Positions 26,878 to 36,317 of a stretch of DNA of 64,000 nucleotides are shown in pieces (the first letter of the stretch is position 1; every line of letters begins with the position of its first letter). Both the position numbers and the translations under genes were made by a program. The notes under the pieces are model-generated. The model saw only the letters and a list, made by a program, of their open reading frames with translations, had not been told where the DNA came from and did not search any database. The stretch comes from an archaeon (GTDB taxonomy: Archaea > Iainarchaeota > Iainarchaeia > Iainarchaeales > GCA-2688035), in the NCBI GenBank assembly GCA_041645325.1, contig JBAZQI010000002.1, forward strand, positions 8,850 to 72,849. The letters are read 5' to 3'.

Positions 26878-28563
26878 ATGAAAAAAGAATTTTTGCTTGT
26901 TTCTTTGCTTGTTGCGGCGCTTGCATTAAGCGGGTGCATTCAGCAGCCGGTTTGCGGAAACGGAGCATGCGAAGCAGGCGAGAATCAACAAAACTGCATG
27001 GAGGATTGCAAACTGACTGATGCAAATTGTTCTGATGGAACTACAGATGGAAGTTGTTCAATAACAAATGGCTTGCTTTGCAATAATGGAAAGCTTGAAA
27101 TGAACTGTGAAAAGTGCGTTTGCACTCCATTAATCGCTTGTTCTGGAGGCAATTGTGGAAAAAGAAATGTTGCAGAAGCAAACTATAATTGCACTTTTTG
27201 CAATGGTTTTTGCTTTGCAACGGATTCCCGGCTAAAGTCAATGTGTGAAAATAGTGTCTTTTATGAATGGAATCCTGAAAATGGCGAAGGAAAATCTTGT
27301 TTGACAGACCAAGATTGCACTTTGAGAGATTATCCACGGTGTGTGAAAAATGTTTGTTTACAGTCACTTCTGCATGAATATCCAACAAAAATCGCAGTAT
27401 CTTACCCGCGTTATGTTCAACAAAACAAACCGTTTTCATTTAAAGTAGATGTGGAAAATACCACTACGACACAGTTAACGTTCAGGCTATTTGATGTTTT
27501 TACCAGCTACTACAATCAGCAGGACAAAAAAATTGGATTTGATGAATACAAGGAAATAGCGCCAAAAAGCAAAGCTAGTTTTGAGATAACAAGCCCTGGA
27601 TTAGATGAAGTTTCAGCAGCATCAACGGTTTTCTTTAGATATAACATGCAACAGGACCGCCAGATATACGGCTCTTTTGGCTGGGAGTCTTTTGAGCATG
27701 GCCCAATAATTGTTGGGACTTGCCCTGAATCAGAAACAGAAATCTGTGGCGATTTGAAATATTGCCCAAAAGACAGGTTGGGCATCTGCTCAAATGGCAT
27801 ATTTTACCCTGTTGAACCAGGAACAGCCTGCAGCACCAATTCCGATTGCGAAAGCGGGCTTTCTGTTTGCCTGAACCATTCGTGCAGAGCAACTAACACA
27901 CAATATGGGTTAAATCCCTACATTAAAAATGAAGTGGGGATATTGGGAATTTTTATTTACAATGATAATGCTAAATTCGAAATCGAAAAAAAAACTAAGA
28001 ATGCCGATTTGAAATGGCTAACTGATAGCGCTAACGCGTGGGTTAAATCAGAAAGGGCATATTGGAATGCAACAAACGATTTTGATTTAGAGTTCACGGC
28101 AATAGAAAAAGAATGCAAGTTAGATAAAAAGCAATACCTTGAATTGTTTAAGTCTTGTGAATCTGGTGAAACAAGGAATTGCACTGAAAAAGAACTTGCT
28201 GCTTGTGGCATAGAACAAAAATTTGATGTAATAGCAATGCACGAATTTTTTGAAGAGGGATTATTGGACCAAGAAATAACTGATGAATTAATCAGGATAG
28301 GTTATCCTGGCTCTGCAGGATTAAATGAGGGAAACATCGTTAGATTTAGCTATAATACTGGCGATGAAGGAAAGACAAATTCTGTGCTGATTCACGAAAC
28401 TTTACACTCATTTGGAGAACAGGACCTGTATATAACAAACAAACAATATAATTCATTGTATCAAGAAAGAAACTGCAATCTGTATAATGCAATCTGGTCT
28501 GCCTTTGACAATAATCCGCACCTTTGCGAATTAGAAGCGAAATTAATCGGATGGAAGCAATAA
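26878..28563 (+). CDS. Secreted lipoprotein Cys-rich/putative zinc metallopeptidase (HETLH...DLY variant), paralogue 3
   Basis: LALSGCIQQPVCGNGACEAGENQQNCMEDC with a different Cys-rich middle section and C-terminal SVLIHETLHSFGEQDLY. AT-rich. Confidence 0.5.
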   Translation: MKKEFLLVSLLVAALALSGCIQQPVCGNGACEAGENQQNCMEDCKLTDANCSDGTTDGSCSITNGLLCNNGKLEMNCEKCVCTPLIACSGGNCGKRNVAEANYNCTFCNGFCFATDSRLKSMCENSVFYEWNPENGEGKSCLTDQDCTLRDYPRCVKNVCLQSLLHEYPTKIAVSYPRYVQQNKPFSFKVDVENTTTTQLTFRLFDVFTSYYNQQDKKIGFDEYKEIAPKSKASFEITSPGLDEVSAASTVFFRYNMQQDRQIYGSFGWESFEHGPIIVGTCPESETEICGDLKYCPKDRLGICSNGIFYPVEPGTACSTNSDCESGLSVCLNHSCRATNTQYGLNPYIKNEVGILGIFIYNDNAKFEIEKKTKNADLKWLTDSANAWVKSERAYWNATNDFDLEFTAIEKECKLDKKQYLELFKSCESGETRNCTEKELAACGIEQKFDVIAMHEFFEEGLLDQEITDELIRIGYPGSAGLNEGNIVRFSYNTGDEGKTNSVLIHETLHSFGEQDLYITNKQYNSLYQERNCNLYNAIWSAFDNNPHLCELEAKLIGWKQ

Positions 28564-28686
28564 AAAAATGACCAAAAAAAACAAAACTTGATTTTTTTAC
28601 AAGAAATATTCATCATTTTGGCTAAAAACATCCTTCCAATCAAAAAAAGGAAAGAATAAATAATCCAATCCCCCATATTTTAGCAA

Positions 28687-29271
28687 ATGAACAAGTATTT
28701 CCTGATTTTTTTATTCTGCCTTTTGGTTTTTGCAAGCGGCTGCATCCAGTCGCAGCAGCCCGTGGGGCAGAACCGCATTGAAAAATACGGCTTCAGCCTC
28801 GCGCCGCCGCAAAGCGCTGTGTGGTTTGACTGGAAAAACATTCCTTTCGGCGAAACGCTTTTCCAGGCAATGACCGAAGACATGGAGGGCGAGCCGATGC
28901 TGATTCTCCTGAAGCCGGAGGCAGGCGACGGAAACGGCATGAGCGTCATTGCAGTAATGCTTGCCGACAACAATAGCGGCTACAATGACGTGAGCCAGAT
29001 TCCGCAGGAAATGCTTCAGGCCGGTGGCGGCATCACAGGTTTTGGTTCCATTCAGGCAAGCCAGGCAAATAGAATAGGCAGCCTAAACTGGATTTTGATG
29101 GAAGTTGATCCCACTGATGAAAACAAAGCGCCCTTCATATCAGACATTGCAATAACAATCTGCGGAAAAAAGGTTGCGGCCCTGATTCTTATGAACGGCC
29201 TGCAGGGCCTTGAAGAAAACCGCGCCTACTTTGCAAAGCTTGCAGAATCAGGGCAGTGCAATTCTCCGTAA
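28687..29271 (+). CDS. Secreted lipoprotein, hypothetical
   Basis: MNKYFLIFLFCLLVFASGCIQSQQP is the same SGCIQ lipobox context as the three peptidase paralogues. Confidence 0.45.
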   Translation: MNKYFLIFLFCLLVFASGCIQSQQPVGQNRIEKYGFSLAPPQSAVWFDWKNIPFGETLFQAMTEDMEGEPMLILLKPEAGDGNGMSVIAVMLADNNSGYNDVSQIPQEMLQAGGGITGFGSIQASQANRIGSLNWILMEVDPTDENKAPFISDIAITICGKKVAALILMNGLQGLEENRAYFAKLAESGQCNSP

Positions 29272-29329
29272 TTCACCGGAAGCCCGCTTTAAATTTCCTT
29301 TAAATGCCTTTTCCCAAAGGGCATTATTT

Positions 29330-31447
29330 ATGGACGCGGAAAAGCAGGCGCTTGAATTAAGCGGCATTGAATCCTTCAACCCGATGCAGGTTGCCGCGCT
29401 TAAAAAAAACTGGCGCGGCAAAAGCCTTGTGGTTTCAGCCCCGACGGCTTCCGGAAAAACCCTTCTTGCGGAAATAGCTTCCATTGATTCTATTGCCAAC
29501 AGGCAGCAAAAGGTGATTTACACAGGGCCTTTGAGGGCGCTTGCCTCGGAACACTTTTCTGAATTCAAAAAAAAGTACTCAAAGGAATTGAAAATAAGGG
29601 CCGCCCTGAGCACAGGCGACCTTGACGGCAGCAGCTCCCATCTTCAGAATTACGACATCATTTTTTCAACTTTTGAAAAACTGGACAGCCTTCAGAGGCA
29701 TAAGGCGAACTGGCTTGGGGCAGTAGGGCTTCTTGTCATTGATGAGGTTCATTCCCTCGGAAGTGACAGGGGCCCGACAATAGAGGTTGCGGTTACAAAG
29801 CTCAGAATGCTCAATCCTGGGCTGAGGGTGCTTGCCCTGAGCGCAACCATTCCGAATGCGCACGAGCTTTCGGACTGGCTTGAGGCAGAGCTTATTGAAA
29901 GCGATTACAGGCCTGTGCCGCTTGAAGAAGGCATTTTTTTCAACGGCAAGGTGCATTATGCTTCAGGGCAAAGCGAATCCTTTGGCCTGAAAGAGCCGAT
30001 AAAGGCGCTTGTAAAGGACACGGTTTTTGCCAAGGGAAAGCAGGCGCTTGTTTTTGCAAACACGAGGAAAAATGCGGAAAGCATTGCCATAAAGCTAGCC
30101 CCTTTTGTTGAAAAGGCATTGCGGGAAAAGGAGAAAAATGAACTGAAAAAGGAAAGCGATTCATTGCTTGGCATTCTTGAGCAGCCCACCGAGCAGTGCA
30201 GAAAGCTTTCCTCGCTTGTTGCAAGCGGCGTTGCGTTCCACCATGCAGGCCTTCTTTCGGGCCAGCGCACCCTGATTGAGAACGCGTTCCGCTCGAACAA
30301 AATCAAGGTTATTGCCGCAACGCCAACACTTGCGGCCGGGGTAAATTTGCCGAGCCATACTGTGATAATTCCTTCGCTTTACCGCTACACCGCAGGGGGA
30401 ATGGCAAGAATTCCTGTTTCGGAATTCAAGCAGCAAATTGGAAGGGCAGGCAGGCCAAAATATGACAAGGAGGGCAGGGGAATTGTTGTGGCAAGGTGCG
30501 AGGCTGAAAAGGACGAGCTTTTTGAGGAATACATTTGCGGCAAGGTGGAGCCTGTTGAGTCAAGGCTTGGCGTTGAGCCTGTGCTGAGAATGCATGTGCT
30601 TGCCCTGGTGGCAAGCGGCTTTGTTTTTGATTTGGCAAGCATGGGCGATTTTTTCAAAAAAACGCTGTATGCAAAGCAATTCAGCAACATGCAGGCGCTG
30701 TTTGAAAAGCTGCAATCTGTTTTGCAGCAGCTTGTAGAAATGGGCTTTATTGAAGCAAATGAAAAGCGCATTTCGGCAACAGTTTTGGGGCAAAGGGTGA
30801 GCGAGCTTTACCTTGACCCTCAAAGCGCCTTTGAAATGATAAGCGCGATGAAGGCAAGCGCAAAATTCACGCCTTTTTCATACCTTTTCATTTTGTGCAA
30901 CTGCTCGGAAATGATGCCCTGGCTTTCGGTTCCAAAGGCAAAGGAGCCGGAATTGTGGGAGCAGTTGCAGCTCTCCAAGCCGCAGATGCCGATTGACCTT
31001 GATAGGGAAATGTACTTTGACCTGAATCTTTTGAAAAAATTCAACACGGCTGAAATGCTTGAAAAATGGATTGACGAATCCTTTGAACAATCCATAATGG
31101 AAGACTTCAAGACCCAGCCAGGCATTCTCCACTCAAAGCTAAGCATCTGCGACTGGCTGTGCTATTCTTCCCTTGAAATTGCAAAGCTTTTGTCTTTGGA
31201 AAATCACTTCTTGCCATTGTCAAGGCTGAGGAAAAGGCTCAAGTATGGCGTCAGGGAAGAGCTTTTGCCGCTTACCAACGTAAGGCATATCGGAAGGGTG
31301 AGGGCAAGAAAACTGTGGAGAAGCAACATAAGAAGCGTTGCAGAGCTCAAAAATGCTGATTTGAAGGACCTTGGCAGGATTCTCGGGCCTGCTGTTGCTG
31401 AAAAGGTCAAAAGCGCATTGGGGCAAAGACTTATTCCATTAAACTGA
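29330..31447 (+). CDS. hel308: Hel308/Hjm-type Ski2-like DNA helicase
   Basis: Walker A APTASGKT, DEAH-like VIDEVH, motif VI QQIGRAGRP, and winged-helix plus C-terminal HhH regions. Start set at MDAEKQALELSGIESFNPMQ. Confidence 0.85.
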   Translation: MDAEKQALELSGIESFNPMQVAALKKNWRGKSLVVSAPTASGKTLLAEIASIDSIANRQQKVIYTGPLRALASEHFSEFKKKYSKELKIRAALSTGDLDGSSSHLQNYDIIFSTFEKLDSLQRHKANWLGAVGLLVIDEVHSLGSDRGPTIEVAVTKLRMLNPGLRVLALSATIPNAHELSDWLEAELIESDYRPVPLEEGIFFNGKVHYASGQSESFGLKEPIKALVKDTVFAKGKQALVFANTRKNAESIAIKLAPFVEKALREKEKNELKKESDSLLGILEQPTEQCRKLSSLVASGVAFHHAGLLSGQRTLIENAFRSNKIKVIAATPTLAAGVNLPSHTVIIPSLYRYTAGGMARIPVSEFKQQIGRAGRPKYDKEGRGIVVARCEAEKDELFEEYICGKVEPVESRLGVEPVLRMHVLALVASGFVFDLASMGDFFKKTLYAKQFSNMQALFEKLQSVLQQLVEMGFIEANEKRISATVLGQRVSELYLDPQSAFEMISAMKASAKFTPFSYLFILCNCSEMMPWLSVPKAKEPELWEQLQLSKPQMPIDLDREMYFDLNLLKKFNTAEMLEKWIDESFEQSIMEDFKTQPGILHSKLSICDWLCYSSLEIAKLLSLENHFLPLSRLRKRLKYGVREELLPLTNVRHIGRVRARKLWRSNIRSVAELKNADLKDLGRILGPAVAEKVKSALGQRLIPLN

Positions 31448-31467
31448 GCCGTTTTTGCTCAAGGCAC

Positions 31468-31728
31468 TTTTCCCAAGGCTTTTTCTGAAGGAAAAAGGCT
31501 TAGCAACGCATCAGCGTTGCTGTTTTCCCAAGGCTTTTTCCGAAGGAAAAAGGCTTAGCAACGCATCAGCGTTGCTGTTTTCCCAAGGCTTTTTTCAACA
31601 GAAAAAAGGCTTTGCGCGAAGCGCATTTTTCCCAAGGCTTTTTCTGAAGGAAAAAGGCTTAGCAACGCATCAGCGTTGCTGTTTTCCCAAGGCTTTTTGC
31701 CAACAGGCAAAAAGGCTTCTGCACAAAA
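31468..31728. repeat. Tandem array of five ~46-57-bp units, each TTTTCCCAAGG + A/U hairpin + GC hairpin (AGCAACGCATCAGCGTTGCT) + GTTTT
   Basis: Units start at about 31468, 31523, 31578, 31626 and 31683. Units 1, 2 and 4 are near-identical; 3 and 5 have variant hairpins (TGCGCGAAGCGCA; CTTTTTGCCAACAGGCAAAAAG). Contains the reverse complement of the dispersed AAAAGCCTTGGGAAAA motif. Confidence 0.85.
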
Positions 31729-31808
31729 TTTATTAATAATGAAAGTATTCTATTAGTGTGCATATTCTATTAGTGTGCAAACCACAGCGTCAGGGAGCGT
31801 TTTTTTGA

Positions 31809-34800
31809 ATGGATAACCCTTTGAACAGCATAGTTGAGTCTTTCAAGAAAGGCTACTATTTCCTTGAAGACCGCTACTATATGCTTTTGGACAAGGTAAA
31901 CGGGCATGTTCCAATCTACAAGGCAATTGACCCTGTGGACCGTGTGTTTCCCTCCTTTGTGCTGCTGATTGCCGTACTGGCCTGCCTTGCAATTCTCCTG
32001 ACTTTTACGCTCTTGCCGCAGGTTTCACTGTCTGCAACACTGCGCGTGCTTGACGAAAACAACAACCCGCTGGAGGGCGCGCACATCTCGGTTTCATTCA
32101 ACGACGAGTCAATAGGCCTTGACACCGACGATTTCGGCGAAGCAAAGCTTGCGTTGCCGCAAAGCGGGGTTGAAGCCGCAATACTCGTGTCAAAGGACGG
32201 TTTTGACAGGCTAAGCCAGACCATAACACTGAAAACAAACGACCTTGTTGACCTTCTTCTCAGCAGGACAAAAGCCTCCTTTCAAGCCACCAAATCCACA
32301 ATATACGTTGTCGACTCAAGAACAAACAGGCTGATTAAGGGACAGGTGCACCTTGAATTCACCTGCTCAACCGGCACCCCAGCCCCTGCGCCTCTATCTG
32401 GCGCAACAGGCGAATTCAAGGACATGGCGGTTTCAGGTGAATGCGGCACGCTTCTTGCAAAGGCCATGGCTGAAGGATACGAGCCAAAGGCAAGCGTTGC
32501 CATAACAAGGAATCCAACCTACCTAAAGCTTGACCCTCTTGACCCTGTTGAAACAACAACCGGAATAAACGTGATTGTAAGGGACCATGCCGGAAACGCG
32601 GTGCAGGGCGCAATAGTCAAGGCCTTCGGCGGCGGCAACGTGCTGGTGCAGCAGCTTTCAACCGACACAAGCGGCACAGTCTCAATCCAGGGCATTGAAC
32701 CCGGCATTTACTCGGTTACCGCAAGCCATTCCGACGGAAGGTATGCCGAAAAAACCGGCGTAGAAGCCCTTATAGGCACGCCCGCAACTGTCACGCTTTC
32801 CTTCGCACAGCCGGCCACAGGCGACGGAGAGAAAATATCCATGCACTTCACCGATGCGGTAACAAACGCAAGCATCCCGAACGCAACAGTCCTGATTTAC
32901 GCAAACAACCTGCTCTTTGATTCAAAAACAAGTGATTCCTCAGGCCTAATAGAAAAGGCGGTTGACGGCAACAACTCGTCATTCATTGCCGTGGCATCAC
33001 ACGACAATTATGTAACAAGAATAATCACAAACGTGGCGGTAATGGACGCATCCAGCAAAACCCCGCAGGCAATAAAGCTCACGCCACTCGCATCCGACGG
33101 CTCAAACAGCGGCAAGGTAAGCATCTTTGTTTCCGACTATGAAACAAAAAAGCCGGTTGAGGGCGCACAGGTATTCCTCTACAGCGCGGACTATCCCGAA
33201 ATAATACTCGATTATCCCTACGCGCTCACAAACGCGGACGGCAACATGCTTATTTCAAGGCTGCCTGAAGGCTCTTACTTTGTAAAGGTAAAAAAGTCCA
33301 ATACCGAGGGAACAAGCGAAACAGGCAAACTTGTAGCTGGTGCAACCCTGGGCTTTTCCATTATGCTTATTACAACTGAAGGCAAGGTCAAGGCTGAGGT
33401 TGTTGACAAAAAAACAGGCAGTCCGATACAGGGCGCTGAAATAACCTTTACTGACTACGCCACTGATTCCGTGCTCCAAAGCGGCTTTTCTGACGCGCAG
33501 GGAAAGCTTGAATCACAGCCCTTCAAGTCAAACAAGACCGTTTACGTGAAAGCCGTAGCCGCAGGATACTTCTCTGCAACAAGCATGCCGCTTCCCATAG
33601 TGTCAAAAAGCGCGCAAAGCGTCAGGCTGGAACTTGACTCAAAAAGCGATATAAGCCTTGACCAGAATATGGCAATCAAATTCGAGGGCTTTTACGCCGA
33701 CAAGGCCCTGAAGCAGAAGGCAACAACCCTCGAATCAGGCGAAACAGGCCAGCTCTACTATTATATCAAATTCACGGTGCTTACCGCAAAAGACGCAAAC
33801 TACTCGAATATTATGCACCACATAAGGCTCGATTCAGAGGAAAAAGGCAAAAGCCCGGAAAAACTGCCTACCCCGACAGGATACACCGCAAGGCTTCTTA
33901 ACTACGCCGCAAGCTCGCCCTACTCATCGACAATCTTCAGCGCATGCTACAATCCTGAAAATGTATTCTCAAGCCCGGAGGCCTGCATAACAGACCTTGT
34001 CGCAAAACAGGCAAACACGCTTTGGGCAACAGCCTCAAGGCAAACAGCTTACACCCTTGTGCTTAAAATGGAAATCGAGCAAAACCTTGAGGACGGCACG
34101 GAAATAGAGCTGCGCTACCAGGGCAAAGCCATAATGAACAATTCCGAATTCATGACACAGCCATTCCTGCAGACCTTCAGAATAGGCGAGCCAATCTGCT
34201 CGCCACCCGACTGCCCTGCAGCCATAATGCGCTTCTGGCTCCAGGATTCAAACGGCAACAAGGCAATCCTCCAAAGCTTTTCGGGCGAAAGCGATTACAC
34301 GACCGGGCAGGAAACCGAGCTTGCAAGCTATTCCAATTACAAGCTGTTCTACGAGGTCCGCAACACAAGCGGTGTGGAACTGACAGCAACACTGAAGCTT
34401 GAAAACGCTGACCCCCCCAATGTGGTTTCAATACAGGGCGAAAACATTCAAACCGCATTTTCAGGGCTGCAAATTGCCGCCCACACTGTTGCCTCACAGG
34501 GCTCGCCTGTGCAGCTGAAAACAGGTAGTGAAGCCGCATTCACTAAAATCAAGGCCTCTTTTACTTCAACACAGGGCAAGGCCATGGAACAATTCATCCC
34601 GTTCACGGTAACAGCCGCAAAAGAGCTCACACTGGCGGTTTCGCCCTCGGTGCTAATACCAAACGATGGCAGCCAGATTTTAAGCGGCTATGTTAAGTCA
34701 AGTGATGGCACCCCGGTTCAGGGCGCCTCAATAAGCATCTTCCTGCCTGGCAACACGCTGTTCGAATCGCTTGTTTCCGGCGAAACAGGGGCTTTCTCCT

Positions 34801-36317
34801 CAACAAGGAACTTCAGGCTGCAGCCCAACGAAAAGGTCAGCTTGGTGGCAACAGCGCCGGGCTACAAGAAGACAACTGTTGAGGTGCCGGTAAATTTCGG
34901 CGACTACTTTGACCCAAGGTACAACTGCATAGAGGTTCCCTCACTTGGAGAAGACGTCCGCACATTCAAGGACACAAGGCCGGGCGGCAAGGGCCTGTTT
35001 GAAGTTGTCAACAACTGCGAAACGCCTGTTGAAATAATGTTCAACAGCAAGCTCAAAGTTGAGCCGAAGCAAATGCAGATTCCGGCCGGTGCAAGCGCGC
35101 AGGCAACATTTACCGCAGACAATCCCGAGGGAGGCGAACAGGTTTACCTCGGGCAATACCCGATTTACGTCAAGGCAAAAATGCAGGGCGACGTGCGCTT
35201 TGTGAACGCAGTGAAAGTGCTTGTGATTATTTCAGACCCTGTGGGAAGCTGCTTTGCAATTGACAAGACAAGCTTTAATCTTCTGGACAGCAACATGGAC
35301 AGCGGCGAAATAACAAATGATTGCGCTGTCCAGTTCAACGACGCATGGGCCCCTGAGCTTGCCCTTGACTCCTTCAAGGCGATAATTAGAAGGGATGATG
35401 TGCAGATTCCGGACATGTTCCCCTTCGAATGGGGCGTGAGGGCAGAACTGAGCCTTTCAACGCCTGTAAGGGTTGAATTTGAGGAAAAAAGGGAAAACAC
35501 ATGGAACGATTTTTACATTCCCACAGGGGCTGATACAGGCCCTGATCATACCATAAACAAAAGCATAACGGTTAACGTGGGAGAAAGCATGGAAGACATA
35601 ACCGCCCTGAAATTTGATTCGATAATTATCCCTATTTTGCCAATAGACTTGTCCGGTGTTATTGACTACGGTTCCATTGCATATGTAGCAAGCGCGAACA
35701 TTTACGTTGACGGCATTCCGGTGCCGGTGCCTGAATGCGGCTTAAGTGGCTGCACCTGGGAAGAAAGCGGCAAGACAAATGATGCGGCAAAATGCCATTA
35801 CATCGCAGCATCGTGCTATTACAACTCGTTTGAAGTCCAGCTTCAACGTGACTCAATAGGCTCAATCACGTTCCCAATATACAACTCAGAAAACAGGGCT
35901 TTCCTGTTTTTCTCGCTAAACGGCACGCTCATTGAAACATCATACGGCTTTGACGTAAACCACACTCAATTTGAGCTTGAGTTTGGGCCCCCGCCCACAA
36001 ATCTTTTCCGCTCAACAATAGTTCCTGTCAGGGGCCTGGGCTTTGCGCTTGGAAAAATTGACCTCTCGCTGGCAAACAAGCTTGGCGAAGGGCTCTATTC
36101 GGTTGACGATGCAAACATCACAGCATACAGCAACAGCCCAGAAGTTGAAGTATGGCTTGTTGACAACGTCATATATGGAAAATATGTGGGCAATGATGCA
36201 GCAGATGATGACCAAGGGGCTACGCCTTTTACGATAAAGGACCTTTATCTCGACACAACCCAGTATAATTTAATTTACGTTGACGATTATGTAAACGAAC
36301 TGAGGCCTGCCAAATGA
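31809..36317 (+). CDS. Giant (1502 aa) type-II membrane-anchored surface protein with multiple carboxypeptidase-regulatory-like/Ig-like beta-sandwich repeats
   Basis: 40-aa cytoplasmic N-terminus then TM FVLLIAVLACLAILLTFTLL. At least six ~80-aa repeats of the CarboxypepD_reg type (for example GINVIVRDHAGNAVQGAIVKAF...TDTSGTVSIQGIEPGIYSVTAS). The C-terminal 700 aa carry no recognised motif. Confidence 0.6.
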   Translation: MDNPLNSIVESFKKGYYFLEDRYYMLLDKVNGHVPIYKAIDPVDRVFPSFVLLIAVLACLAILLTFTLLPQVSLSATLRVLDENNNPLEGAHISVSFNDESIGLDTDDFGEAKLALPQSGVEAAILVSKDGFDRLSQTITLKTNDLVDLLLSRTKASFQATKSTIYVVDSRTNRLIKGQVHLEFTCSTGTPAPAPLSGATGEFKDMAVSGECGTLLAKAMAEGYEPKASVAITRNPTYLKLDPLDPVETTTGINVIVRDHAGNAVQGAIVKAFGGGNVLVQQLSTDTSGTVSIQGIEPGIYSVTASHSDGRYAEKTGVEALIGTPATVTLSFAQPATGDGEKISMHFTDAVTNASIPNATVLIYANNLLFDSKTSDSSGLIEKAVDGNNSSFIAVASHDNYVTRIITNVAVMDASSKTPQAIKLTPLASDGSNSGKVSIFVSDYETKKPVEGAQVFLYSADYPEIILDYPYALTNADGNMLISRLPEGSYFVKVKKSNTEGTSETGKLVAGATLGFSIMLITTEGKVKAEVVDKKTGSPIQGAEITFTDYATDSVLQSGFSDAQGKLESQPFKSNKTVYVKAVAAGYFSATSMPLPIVSKSAQSVRLELDSKSDISLDQNMAIKFEGFYADKALKQKATTLESGETGQLYYYIKFTVLTAKDANYSNIMHHIRLDSEEKGKSPEKLPTPTGYTARLLNYAASSPYSSTIFSACYNPENVFSSPEACITDLVAKQANTLWATASRQTAYTLVLKMEIEQNLEDGTEIELRYQGKAIMNNSEFMTQPFLQTFRIGEPICSPPDCPAAIMRFWLQDSNGNKAILQSFSGESDYTTGQETELASYSNYKLFYEVRNTSGVELTATLKLENADPPNVVSIQGENIQTAFSGLQIAAHTVASQGSPVQLKTGSEAAFTKIKASFTSTQGKAMEQFIPFTVTAAKELTLAVSPSVLIPNDGSQILSGYVKSSDGTPVQGASISIFLPGNTLFESLVSGETGAFSSTRNFRLQPNEKVSLVATAPGYKKTTVEVPVNFGDYFDPRYNCIEVPSLGEDVRTFKDTRPGGKGLFEVVNNCETPVEIMFNSKLKVEPKQMQIPAGASAQATFTADNPEGGEQVYLGQYPIYVKAKMQGDVRFVNAVKVLVIISDPVGSCFAIDKTSFNLLDSNMDSGEITNDCAVQFNDAWAPELALDSFKAIIRRDDVQIPDMFPFEWGVRAELSLSTPVRVEFEEKRENTWNDFYIPTGADTGPDHTINKSITVNVGESMEDITALKFDSIIIPILPIDLSGVIDYGSIAYVASANIYVDGIPVPVPECGLSGCTWEESGKTNDAAKCHYIAASCYYNSFEVQLQRDSIGSITFPIYNSENRAFLFFSLNGTLIETSYGFDVNHTQFELEFGPPPTNLFRSTIVPVRGLGFALGKIDLSLANKLGEGLYSVDDANITAYSNSPEVEVWLVDNVIYGKYVGNDAADDDQGATPFTIKDLYLDTTQYNLIYVDDYVNELRPAK

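Noticed and set aside
29210-29329. Upstream 40-codon extension of the Hel308 ORF (MKKTAPTLQ...)
   Set aside because: It overlaps the 3' end of the upstream lipoprotein gene and lacks helicase-related sequence. The start at 29330 (MDAEKQ...) is more plausible.
31468-31728. Possible CRISPR array
   Set aside because: Repeats are directly adjacent or overlapping, with no unique spacers between them. No cas genes in the window.
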